A DNA stretch of 64,000 nucleotides, taken from the NCBI GenBank assembly GCA_963831755.1, contig CAWHRC010000006.1, positions 1,832 through 65,831 on the forward strand, read 5' to 3'. The notes below the pieces were generated by a model. The model did no database searches. It worked only from the letters and a program-made list of their open reading frames with translations, and was not told the origin of the DNA. Of the stretch, positions 1-8,157 are shown piece after piece. Numbering within the stretch: the stretch's first letter is position 1; each line of letters starts with the position of its first letter. The DNA is from an uncultured Acidobacteriota bacterium (GTDB taxonomy: Bacteria > Acidobacteriota > Vicinamibacteria > Fen-336). The position numbers were made by a program, and so were the translations under genes.

Positions 1-351
1 TCGAATCCTCTCCACGATAATCGGGGTGTGTCGGCTGGCTGAACGTCGAAGGAACCGTGCGCTTACGTCGAACCTCTTCAGGTCCTCGAGGATGTGATCT
101 CCCGCTGCATCTTCGCCAAGTGTGGCTGCTGGATATGCCCGCCACCCCAAGTACGCTAGGACCGCGAGGACGTTGCCACACGTTCCACCTGCCCAGCAGC
201 GCGGACCCACTCCGGCCCGATCAGTCACGACGATGTCGAGTGCAATTAGCCCTGTGCCCAAGGCGACCGGTCGTCCTGTTGACAGGAACAGACTGTCGGC
301 GCGCGGGCGAAGGGACTGGACCGTGGGATGTCGCATCGAGTCATTCTTCAT
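1..351 (-). CDS. PfkB/ribokinase-like sugar kinase, N-terminal part only (gene runs off the window edge, so it is absent from the ORF track)
   Basis: Own reverse-complement translation from ATG 351..349: MKNDSMRHPTVQSLRPRADSLFLSTGRPVALGTGLIALDIVVTDRAGVGPRCWAGGTCGNVLAVLAYLGWRAYPAATLGEDAAGDHILEDLKRFDVSARFL... The stretch GLIALD...AGGTCGNVLAVLAYLG resembles the N-terminal PfkB signature (GG-x-x-N-x-A...LG). The ATG overlaps the TGA of the upstream gene (ATGA, 351..348). Confidence 0.5.
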   Translation of the reverse strand, partial: MKNDSMRHPTVQSLRPRADSLFLSTGRPVALGTGLIALDIVVTDRAGVGPRCWAGGTCGNVLAVLAYLGWRAYPAATLGEDAAGDHILEDLKRFDVSARFLRRSASRHTPIIVERIR

Positions 352-1445
352 GGAAGGTAGGGTTCTCCTGCGAGCCAGATCTCAGTGGGGCCGCGGCCCG
401 AACCGACTTCAAGCCTCCCTTGCCCATCGAGGAGGACTTGGTAAGTCCCCGCTTCGACATGGCAGACCGGCAACGAACGCTCGATCGCCGCTAGTAGCAT
501 GCCGAGGGACAAGGTCTTGCTCGAGAGAGGCGAAACAACAGTGGTGACTTTCCCGATTGACGGCACGGCACCAAGACGAGTGCGGTAATACTCCTCCACC
601 TCAAGTATCTTCCGGTACACATCGAAGGGGCTGCGCTCATCGCAAAGAAGGAGATTCTCGGGCGAGACCAAGAGTCCCTCGAACAAGAGCTCACCGTGCC
701 TAACGGCAATGTCGTCCACGCGTCGCAGCGAGACGGCGGGAAACGGGAGAATCGGGCAAATCTCGACACACGAGCCCTTGATCTTGTTGTGGAGCTTTTC
801 GAGGCGTACCGCTTCGCTCGTACCCACGAGCGGCAGCCAGACGAGCCTGTCGTCGCCCTGATGTCGAAACGTGTGGAGGTAGTCCGCCTGGCCATACTCG
901 CGCCCCGAAATGCGCGAATCCAAGATGGGATCCTCAACCACCGTGACGTGTAGATTTCGGAAGACGTCCTTCTCCACGAGCCGTAGGAGATAGGCCAGCA
1001 AGGGAAAGAAGACGCCCCGGGGCATGCCGCTGATATCGACCACGACGTCCGAATACTTGCGCAGGACTTCCGTTGCTTGAGTGCCCAATGCGGCCAATGT
1101 CTTCCTGCCGGCGACGTTGTGACCTTCAGGATCATGAGTCTCAACGTCATAAAGAGCCTCATGCCGGCAGCCAGTGATGGTCGGGAGTTCGTCGAGATTT
1201 GCCTTCGTTAGCCTCTCCATGACGACACCGGCCTCGCCCAGTGCCGGGGGCCCCTTAAGCTTCAGAGCGAGATAGCCGAGTCGTTCATCGAGGCCGAGGG
1301 CCGCCAGCGCCTTGAGCGCGAGGAGCGAGCGAGGGTCAAATCCTAGGCCGAGGACCATGAGGATGCGGACTCTGCTATCGCTTGCGCGGTCGGCCCAGAA
1401 GCCAGTGAAGTCCTCGGTGAGGTAGTAGTCCTTCCAGCGCGCCAT
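348..1445 (-). CDS. Hypothetical protein, Rossmann-like, family not recognised (possible ligand-binding/CARF-like fold)
   Basis: 365-aa ORF. Its ATG lies 5 nt after the stop of the upstream NTPase gene and its TGA overlaps the next ATG. It has strand-loop elements RILMVLGLGFDPRS and DVVVDISGMPRG. The latter fits the CARF-type [DN]-x-[ST]-x3-[RK] signature, by pattern only. Confidence 0.6.
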   Translation of the reverse strand: MARWKDYYLTEDFTGFWADRASDSRVRILMVLGLGFDPRSLLALKALAALGLDERLGYLALKLKGPPALGEAGVVMERLTKANLDELPTITGCRHEALYDVETHDPEGHNVAGRKTLAALGTQATEVLRKYSDVVVDISGMPRGVFFPLLAYLLRLVEKDVFRNLHVTVVEDPILDSRISGREYGQADYLHTFRHQGDDRLVWLPLVGTSEAVRLEKLHNKIKGSCVEICPILPFPAVSLRRVDDIAVRHGELLFEGLLVSPENLLLCDERSPFDVYRKILEVEEYYRTRLGAVPSIGKVTTVVSPLSSKTLSLGMLLAAIERSLPVCHVEAGTYQVLLDGQGRLEVGSGRGPTEIWLAGEPYLP

Positions 1446-1450
1446 CCCAG

Positions 1451-3406
1451 TTATCCTTCTCCCGACCAGAGAAGCGTGCCGGAAAGGGCGCTTCGGCGAG
1501 TCATATCGCGTGTCGGCACCGGCTCCTGCATCATCCTGACGAGTAGCTGAACGGGTAGGTGCTGCCAGCCACCGTAGTTCAGGGGAAGGCGGAACTTCAG
1601 ACAGAGCAGTCGGTTGAGATAGAAGACGATCTTTTCACTGCCGGCCTGGCCTTGTTTCGTTATGCGAATCGAGAGGACGTTCCCAGCGACAGCGCTCGTC
1701 AAGACCTCTCGAAAGACGAGGGCTTCAGGCCCTTTGTTCTGGCCTGACACGGCTTGCACTATCTCTTGGCGAGTCAGGCTGAACCCGTTCACTCCAGGCG
1801 CGATTGGAGCGTTGGGCCGATAGGTCACGTCCTCGCAGAATAGGCCCAGATTGTCCACGAACTGTCGGATCGAGGAACCACGGCGGTGCTTCTGCTCCAG
1901 AGCGCCGTAGTAGTCCTCGGCGGATCGCCTGAGAAGCGCCTCCTGTTCCTTGGCTGACATCGCCAGCTCGCGGTCCAGTTCGGCTCTATAGATCATGCGA
2001 TCGACAATTGCAGCAGCAGTCGATAGCAGCTGCTCCACATTGCCGCTTGCCACGCTCGTGAGCGCATCGAATCCGCTGTAGTACGGGAGTCGGAGCCGCC
2101 GACTCAGAAAGAGCGTCGCCGCTTCGGCTGTCTTCGCGTCGGCCGTCTCCGGAATCTCCATTTCTGGGAGGAGCGACGCCTGGCTGCGGTTCGCCTGCCT
2201 TTCCAGAAGAATCAGGGTCTTCTCGAAGTCTGCCAGTTGGGCGACGCTTGGCACAGTCTCGTGTGCACGCGCGCCCGCGGCGGTTAGCTTCTCCGCGAAG
2301 GTGTCGCCACTCCTAAGCTCGGATGAACGCTTGCGCATCCCCTCGAGGGCCTTGACCGCTAGCTCCGCCGCTACGGTTTCGTCAGGGGCTCGGAGTAGTT
2401 CCTTGAAGTCGCTTCCCGTTACCTGCTGGAGCGACTCCGTTGCCATGAGGCGCCGGTGCACAACGTTGGCCGAGAACTTCGCGAACACGCCCGCTCTCTC
2501 TTGAAAGATCTCATCCAGTGGTATCTCCCTATACTCCCGACCCTGCTCGGCTCCCTCAACTGAGATGAGTTCCTCAAGGCCAAAGACGTGTGTCCGTACG
2601 GCAAGCCAGCGCGGTATCGCCGTCCGCCGAATCAGTTCGTTCTTTAGGTGTTGCCGTTGATCAGGATAGAGTTCCTGAACATCGTCAAGCATGACGACCG
2701 GAATCAGCTCAGACAGCGCTGGAATCCTTTGGACCTGCAACGCCAAAAACGCGAGCGCGTAGACGCGCGCGTGGGGCTGTATCGAAGACGGGAGGGGATC
2801 GCCTGGAAAACTGTTGAGCAGCGTCCCGAAGTCTCGTTCAATCTGGGCACAAAGGTCCTCTAGTTGGTCGATCGTTCGGGATTCCCCAAACATGATCGGG
2901 GGGGCGTCTCCCGACGGGAGGGGTTCTAGGCGGCAGTCGGGTGGGAGCTGGACCGCCTCACTCGCTGCGAGGCGGCGAATCGCACGCAAGAAAGACATGA
3001 CAAGCCGCGTGTCGAGAAGCGCGTTGAAGAGGCGAAGCGTGCCCTCCTCAGGTGGGAGGTTCGCGATGTCTCGGAGGCTGCTATCACATTGGATGTAGAT
3101 TCCGATCGCCCTGGGCCCATGGTCGGTGAGGATTCCCAGCTCAGCGAGCCGGTCCACCAGGTCCTGGTCGCTCGGCTGGGATCTCCTAGCGTGGAGTGCG
3201 AGGAGAGTATCCGTCTCGAAAAGGCGCAGGAGACTCGACTTGCCGGACCCGGGACTCCCGCGAACGACTATCAGCTTTGGTACGAAGAGATCGTCGCGTT
3301 GGAGCTGGTCCAACAGCAGAGGGCAGTAGAGCTGGAGAAACTGAGAGGTCTCGATTATGGGCGCGTCTGCGGCGCGGATCTTGAACGCGTTGCGAACCCG
3401 CGGCAC
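1451..3406 (-). CDS. P-loop NTPase (AAA/STAND-like ATP-binding protein) with a long helical C-terminal region
   Basis: 651-aa ORF. Walker A is VVRGSPGSGKSSLL and Walker B-like is IPVVMLDDVQEL. The GTG start lies 2 nt after the stop of the upstream gene. Confidence 0.75.
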   Translation of the reverse strand: MPRVRNAFKIRAADAPIIETSQFLQLYCPLLLDQLQRDDLFVPKLIVVRGSPGSGKSSLLRLFETDTLLALHARRSQPSDQDLVDRLAELGILTDHGPRAIGIYIQCDSSLRDIANLPPEEGTLRLFNALLDTRLVMSFLRAIRRLAASEAVQLPPDCRLEPLPSGDAPPIMFGESRTIDQLEDLCAQIERDFGTLLNSFPGDPLPSSIQPHARVYALAFLALQVQRIPALSELIPVVMLDDVQELYPDQRQHLKNELIRRTAIPRWLAVRTHVFGLEELISVEGAEQGREYREIPLDEIFQERAGVFAKFSANVVHRRLMATESLQQVTGSDFKELLRAPDETVAAELAVKALEGMRKRSSELRSGDTFAEKLTAAGARAHETVPSVAQLADFEKTLILLERQANRSQASLLPEMEIPETADAKTAEAATLFLSRRLRLPYYSGFDALTSVASGNVEQLLSTAAAIVDRMIYRAELDRELAMSAKEQEALLRRSAEDYYGALEQKHRRGSSIRQFVDNLGLFCEDVTYRPNAPIAPGVNGFSLTRQEIVQAVSGQNKGPEALVFREVLTSAVAGNVLSIRITKQGQAGSEKIVFYLNRLLCLKFRLPLNYGGWQHLPVQLLVRMMQEPVPTRDMTRRSALSGTLLWSGEG

Positions 3407-3408
3407 CG

Positions 3409-4671
3409 CTACGCCCCCTCGCGGCCGTGGCGCTCATAGCGCACAAAGAGTGGATTGAAGTACTCCCTCCTGCGGGCCCACAGCACGTAGAGGGAGTTAT
3501 TGGGTGTGTTGTGGTGCAGCACGAGCGGCAGGCCGCATCTGTCGAAGCCAAACTTGACGCAGCCCGTGTGGTGATCCCCGAAGTCATCGGAGTAGTACTT
3601 CTCGCAGAGTGCACCGATGGGTGTGGCCGACGAGGTGACCTGAGTGTGGGAGCCCAAAACTGCGGCGGGCAGGATCTGCGTTCGCGCGAACGGCCCAGGG
3701 AGCCGAGGCAAGAGGGGTCGCAAGCGATTCAGAGCATGTTCCGTCGTGAGAAGCGGGCAGAAGAAGACGGCAGCAGTCGGGTCAAGAGCGTCCGCGAGGG
3801 CGCGGCCCGCCTTGCACAGCGCTCCCTTGAGAACGGTATCGGCCATCCTGCTCTTGTTCACGAGGGAGTTGACTGCAGCAATGTAGTCCTCATCGGTTCC
3901 CATTCGTAGCATGGATTCTTGGTCCGCGGCCGAAACGTCGCCTTCGTACAGAAGCTCGAGCTCGTGCGTCTCCTGGTGGTAGCGGAATCGCGACTGCCAG
4001 AGCTGGGGAATCGTCGGTGGAGTGGCGTGAGGACTCAATCCACCTACGACAACCTCACGGAGAAGGGTCCGGCCAGACCCCGTGAAGTCGTCAAGAAGAA
4101 AGAGACAGCGGAAGGCGGCAGCCGGAGCGCCGGAGGCCGCGCGAAGATCCTTGAGGATGTCCTTGACCTTCTCCGGCGAGGTCTCGTAGTAGGGAATCAC
4201 CTGCTCGTTGCTGATATCGAGATTGTGGCGACGGATGTAGTCGATCCTTGCTCCGTCGCTCATGCCAACGTAGAGGGATGCCCGAGCAACGGACTTGAAG
4301 TCGGCAGACTCATGAATGGCACGGACTCGATGGGGCGGGTGCCCGGAAGCAGCCGCCGCGATCTCGATCTGCCGCCTCCTGATCACGTCGTGGTACAGAA
4401 CGGCAGCGAGTTGTTGGAACTCCTGCCTCGAGATGAAGATCAAGTCACGCCGGACGAAGTCCAGAGCGGCTTGCCGTTCGCCCTCATCGAACTGCTGGAG
4501 CCAGAGGTAGAGATTCTCCAAGAACAGACGGCCTGGATGATACATCTCGTACTTGTTGTACTTGTAGTCGGCGAGGAATTGCAGCTCGCGAAAGAGGTTG
4601 GCGGCAGCCGCCTCGTCTGTGAGGCCAGGGAGCGTGGTCTGGAGAAGGCGAAGCGCGAGCTCCCTCTTCAA
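3409..4671 (-). CDS. Phosphoribosyltransferase-like (PRTase-fold) protein
   Basis: 420-aa ORF. A PRPP-loop-like motif CLFLLDDFTGSGRTLL sits mid-protein and the flanking regions are not recognised. The TTG start overlaps the upstream TGA (TTGA, 4671..4668). Confidence 0.55.
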   Translation of the reverse strand: MKRELALRLLQTTLPGLTDEAAAANLFRELQFLADYKYNKYEMYHPGRLFLENLYLWLQQFDEGERQAALDFVRRDLIFISRQEFQQLAAVLYHDVIRRRQIEIAAAASGHPPHRVRAIHESADFKSVARASLYVGMSDGARIDYIRRHNLDISNEQVIPYYETSPEKVKDILKDLRAASGAPAAAFRCLFLLDDFTGSGRTLLREVVVGGLSPHATPPTIPQLWQSRFRYHQETHELELLYEGDVSAADQESMLRMGTDEDYIAAVNSLVNKSRMADTVLKGALCKAGRALADALDPTAAVFFCPLLTTEHALNRLRPLLPRLPGPFARTQILPAAVLGSHTQVTSSATPIGALCEKYYSDDFGDHHTGCVKFGFDRCGLPLVLHHNTPNNSLYVLWARRREYFNPLFVRYERHGREGA

Positions 4672-6626
4672 GAGTGAAACCTCCTGGCTGACGTCGGCGA
4701 CAGAAGCCGTGGCACTGCAAGTCTGAAGGTGCCCTTGGAGATCTGAATGGCGTTAAGGTAGACGAGGGTTGCCTGAACGCCGCGGTACCCGGGCGGGGCC
4801 AGATTCCAGCAGGTGTTCGGATCGGCAGAGACCTCATCGACGCTCAACGAGAGCGGGGCCCTGAGCAGGTCGAAGTCATTCCCCGGCCACCGACCCTTGT
4901 CTCCAATGAGGAGCACTCGTGTGCCGTCTCGAAGGCCGCTCTCCAGTAGGGTGAGTAGCGAGCGTTTGGAAACTTGCCGCGTCACTAGATCCACGGAATG
5001 ACTGGACGTGATCGCTCGCAGGTCGTGGACCTGTGCCACCTCCTCTACAACGCGCCAAGTCAGATCTCTCCAGGCTGGCACCGTGGGTTGGACGGAGACT
5101 TGCGCCGACCTTGGCTCGCAAACGGCCGCTGCAGAGATCGCCGGGTGCCGTACTAGTAGGTCCGCGGCATAATCGAGAGATTCAGAACGTGGCAAAGAGG
5201 GGTTCGGATGGCCGTCCTCGCTGAGAGAGCCGATATCGGCTGCGTTGTAGTATCCGACATACACGTTCCTCCACAGCCGCTTGGGTAGTGCCTTCCTGAA
5301 GTCCTCCCTGACAGACCTTCCGCGACCGGTCGCCACCCCAACGGGAATGCCTGCCATCAGGAGGCGGCTCAGGTGGCCTACGACGTCCGGCCGAACACCG
5401 GTGAATCGATCCCGTTCGTCACACAAGGTGCCGTCGTAGTCGAGGACGATGGCGCCGAACACAGCTCGAGCGAGATCTGCGAGAAACCGCCGCTGAGCAT
5501 CCTGCCAAGGAGCGAGGTCTGTACGATCTGATAGTGCTTGAACGTCGCAGCCGAGTTTTCGTGCGATTGGGGCTGCGTCGGTTGAAGACAAAACCTTGAT
5601 CCGGGTCCGCGGAGTTCGGAGGCGATAGATCCGCCGCCCGAAGGCCGGGACTCCCGGTCGGCCCGGATCTATGCCGCGCACTTGCCCGGCAAACCCTACG
5701 AGATGGAGCACAGCAACGAGTCCCGCGACAGCGGCCGTGGACCCAGTGTGCGGCAGGCAGATTCGGACAACAGGAGTGGTGCGGGGAATGAGTGCCAGTG
5801 TCTTGTCGGCGAGGTCTTGTTCGTCAGAGGAGAACATTGCGACCACTGCCGTGGTCGAAGCGTGCTTGGCGAGCCAATGGTGTCGCCCGTGAGCGAAGTT
5901 TCGGAAGTCGGCAAGCTGAGTATTACCGAGTGCAGCCTCGGAGAACTTGGATTCCAGATCTACAGCAGCGGAGGATACGTTTGGTCCGTACAACATCACC
6001 AGGGTGTTCCGTTCCCAGAGAGCCTGGGACCTCGCGCGGAGCGCCCCTATTCCGTCACTACCGAAACCAGCGTAGGCAAGCAAGGCGTCGAACGAACGGG
6101 GAAGTTGCTCGCTCGAACCCGATACGGTGTTGTAGGCGCGCACCAGTAGAACGGCAAAGGCCAGAAGGGAATTCGTGGCCAGAAAGCCATCCTTGCCCCA
6201 CGGGGCTGCCAGTTCAACGAGGTCCACGAACCGGTACGACTGCGCGAGGCGAGAGAGAGAGCTTCGCTCCCGGAGGCAGAAGGCCGCGCACCGGCGTGGT
6301 TCTCTGCACGCGGCGCTCTCGAGCGCCGAGAGGATATCCGCGTTGGAACCACCGGCACTCAGGACCATCACGGCTAAAGAGCGGAGGTTGATGGGAGACG
6401 AGAGGAGCTCGAGCGGCGTAGTCGGCCGCGCCAGCTTGCCGGCATGGCGCTGATGGAGGAGGCACGCAAGGTGCGCGGCAGAGAACGAACCTCCGGACCC
6501 CACTGCGAGCAGGGGGAACGACGCACATGCAGAGACTGCTGCAGCCAGCGCGTCGATCGGCACCCCCAGCGCCCAGACATAGGTCTCGCTCAGTCGAGAC
6601 AGTTCACTGACGTAGGGTCTGCCCAT
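4668..6626 (-). CDS. SIS-SIS-HAD fusion protein (double sugar-isomerase/phosphosugar-binding domain plus HAD-IIB-like phosphatase)
   Basis: 652-aa ORF. SIS motifs are PLLAVGSGGSFSAAHL and VMVLSAGGSNADIL, with a second SIS-like half DLESKFSEAALGNTQLADFRNFAHGRHHW. C-terminal HAD motifs are DYDGTL (I), VGVATGRG (II) and LLIGDKGRWPGNDFDLL (IV). Confidence 0.7.
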   Translation of the reverse strand: MGRPYVSELSRLSETYVWALGVPIDALAAAVSACASFPLLAVGSGGSFSAAHLACLLHQRHAGKLARPTTPLELLSSPINLRSLAVMVLSAGGSNADILSALESAACREPRRCAAFCLRERSSLSRLAQSYRFVDLVELAAPWGKDGFLATNSLLAFAVLLVRAYNTVSGSSEQLPRSFDALLAYAGFGSDGIGALRARSQALWERNTLVMLYGPNVSSAAVDLESKFSEAALGNTQLADFRNFAHGRHHWLAKHASTTAVVAMFSSDEQDLADKTLALIPRTTPVVRICLPHTGSTAAVAGLVAVLHLVGFAGQVRGIDPGRPGVPAFGRRIYRLRTPRTRIKVLSSTDAAPIARKLGCDVQALSDRTDLAPWQDAQRRFLADLARAVFGAIVLDYDGTLCDERDRFTGVRPDVVGHLSRLLMAGIPVGVATGRGRSVREDFRKALPKRLWRNVYVGYYNAADIGSLSEDGHPNPSLPRSESLDYAADLLVRHPAISAAAVCEPRSAQVSVQPTVPAWRDLTWRVVEEVAQVHDLRAITSSHSVDLVTRQVSKRSLLTLLESGLRDGTRVLLIGDKGRWPGNDFDLLRAPLSLSVDEVSADPNTCWNLAPPGYRGVQATLVYLNAIQISKGTFRLAVPRLLSPTSARRFHS

Positions 6627-6671
6627 TTGCTCGATGACGTTGGCCGGCCCGCGACAGCCGCGGCGGACGCG

Positions 6672-6869
6672 CTAGGGGGGAGGAGGCCCATCCACTGCCG
6701 CTCCGCCGCTACGCACCCACTCGTCGACCTCCTCTTTCTTGAACTTCCAGAGCTTTCCGATTTTGTGCGCGGGGAGCCGTCGACGCTCGATCCATCGGTA
6801 CACGGACGCCTTCACGACGCCTAGGTACTCAGCGATCTCGTCGACTGACAACCATCGATCGGCGGCCAT
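6672..6869 (-). CDS. Excisionase/MerR-type helix-turn-helix DNA-binding protein
   Basis: Sequence is MAADRWLSVDEIAEYLGVVKASVYRWIERRRLPAHKIGKLWKFKKEEVDEWV, the classic excisionase-family HTH. I prefer the internal ATG at 6869 (GGAG just upstream) over the track start at 6980. It lies 45 nt upstream of the SIS-HAD gene on the same strand. Confidence 0.75.
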   Translation of the reverse strand: MAADRWLSVDEIAEYLGVVKASVYRWIERRRLPAHKIGKLWKFKKEEVDEWVRSGGAAVDGPPPP

Positions 6870-6924
6870 ATCTCCGGACCCCGCGTCGACATCCCACCTC
6901 GAGCGCGTCACAACAGTATGCCAG

Positions 6925-6950
6925 AGTATACTAGGAGTTAACAAAGTCAA
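6925..6950 (-). promoter_or_regulatory. Promoter-like elements upstream of the HTH gene (TTGACT-N14-TATACT on the minus strand) with an AGTATACT palindrome
   Basis: Minus-strand TTGACT is at 6950..6945 and TATACT at 6930..6925, in a locally AT-richer patch. The spacer is only 14 nt, so this is suboptimal. AGTATACT (6925..6932 on the plus strand) is self-complementary and a related CAGTATGC sits just beside it. Confidence 0.3.
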
Positions 6951-7274
6951 CTCTACACCGGCAGGGCCCTGGGGCCCCACGAGGTCCCCTCGTTACGAAC
7001 CTGAAGCACGTCAGCGCGACCTACGAGTCGCTGGATCTCCTCGCCAAGCGCTGCAGCCTGATATCCAGCGCTGGGTGTCCGGGGAGCCGGCTGCGCGGCA
7101 GCTGCTCAGGAGGGCGACGGACTCAGGCTAGGACCCACGCGACGTGCTCCGGAAGCTAGAGCAGGTCCTGAAGGAGGACGGGCGAGGGGAATGAGACCTT
7201 CGCGCGACCTCCAAGGCTCCTGGGGCCAGAGGCTGTGGACCGATAGGATGAGTTTGACGCGGCGGTGAACGACC

Positions 7275-7674
7275 TTGCCGCGGGGCGTCCAAGGCCGCAC
7301 GACCTTCTATACGGACGGGAAGCTCAAAGTCGAGATCAGGAGCGAGCTGTCCGACGAGGCCAATCACTCGATCGTCGCGCGTCGCAGCCTCCGCGACACG
7401 GTCGCTCACGAGTGCGGACACATCGGCTTCCACTGTCACCTGCGCGCGCTGAACGACGGGCCCAGGCTCCTCCCCGAAATACGCTCGCGAGCCATCGGTG
7501 CTTCGCCACACGCCGACGAGCGACAACCCTCAGGAACGGGCATCGGACTGGTGGGAGTATCAGGCAAACCGCGGAATGGCGGCGCTCCTCCTCCGGAAGG
7601 CGCCCTTCATGGAACACGCACGCCGGCGATCCAGGGCACGGAGCGATCTCAGGTTCAGTCGCAGCGCCCACTAT
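7275..7674 (+). pseudogene. ImmA/IrrE-family (COG2856-like) zinc metallopeptidase, frameshifted
   Basis: The HEXXH motif (VAHECGHIGFH) is in the frame of the ORF at 7275. The downstream family motif WEYQANRGMAALLL is in a different frame (from 7552, stop at 7674). At least one frameshift lies between them. A possible decayed HTH remnant lies upstream, around 6990-7130. Confidence 0.6.
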
Positions 7675-8157
7675 TAGGGAAAGACTACGGGTCTAACATC
7701 TCGCTGTCGTCGAGCCGCCACCTCGGCCCGGTGGCATCGTAGTTGTAGGACACGCGCCAGTTCCGGAAGTCGTCCTTGGTGAACCGGGCCTCCTCCACGA
7801 AGTCCACCGACGTCGCTGGCGCCTTCCGACGTCGGCTGGGAGCCCGAGCTGGAAGAGGTTCGTCAGCTTGATCTTCACGTTGCGCCCTTGACGCGGACGC
7901 GTACGGGCCAGTAGTGGCCGTCCCCGTTGTACCGCCCGCGCTCCTGGATTTGGACTGAGTCGACGACCGCCAGGTAGGTAGGGCCAGCCGTTGGCGGCGA
8001 GGGCGGCGATTTCCTGACCGCAGCGGTCACCTCTCCGTCGCTGGGCCCCGACTCCAGAAGGCGACACCCCAGGCCGCTCGTCAGCAAGAGTCCGCCTGCT
8101 ACCACTGCACGAGATTCGCCACGCGGACACGGTTCCTCCTCGGAGGCGTCCGTAGCC

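Noticed and set aside
1-30. TCGAATCCTCTCCACG at the very start resembles a tRNA T-loop/acceptor 3' end (TTCGAATCC...). This raised the idea of a tRNA integration site.
   Set aside because: The window starts inside the motif, so no cloverleaf can be built. The same bases are read through in frame by the PfkB-like gene on the minus strand (...RHTPIIVERIR). It is most likely coincidental coding sequence.
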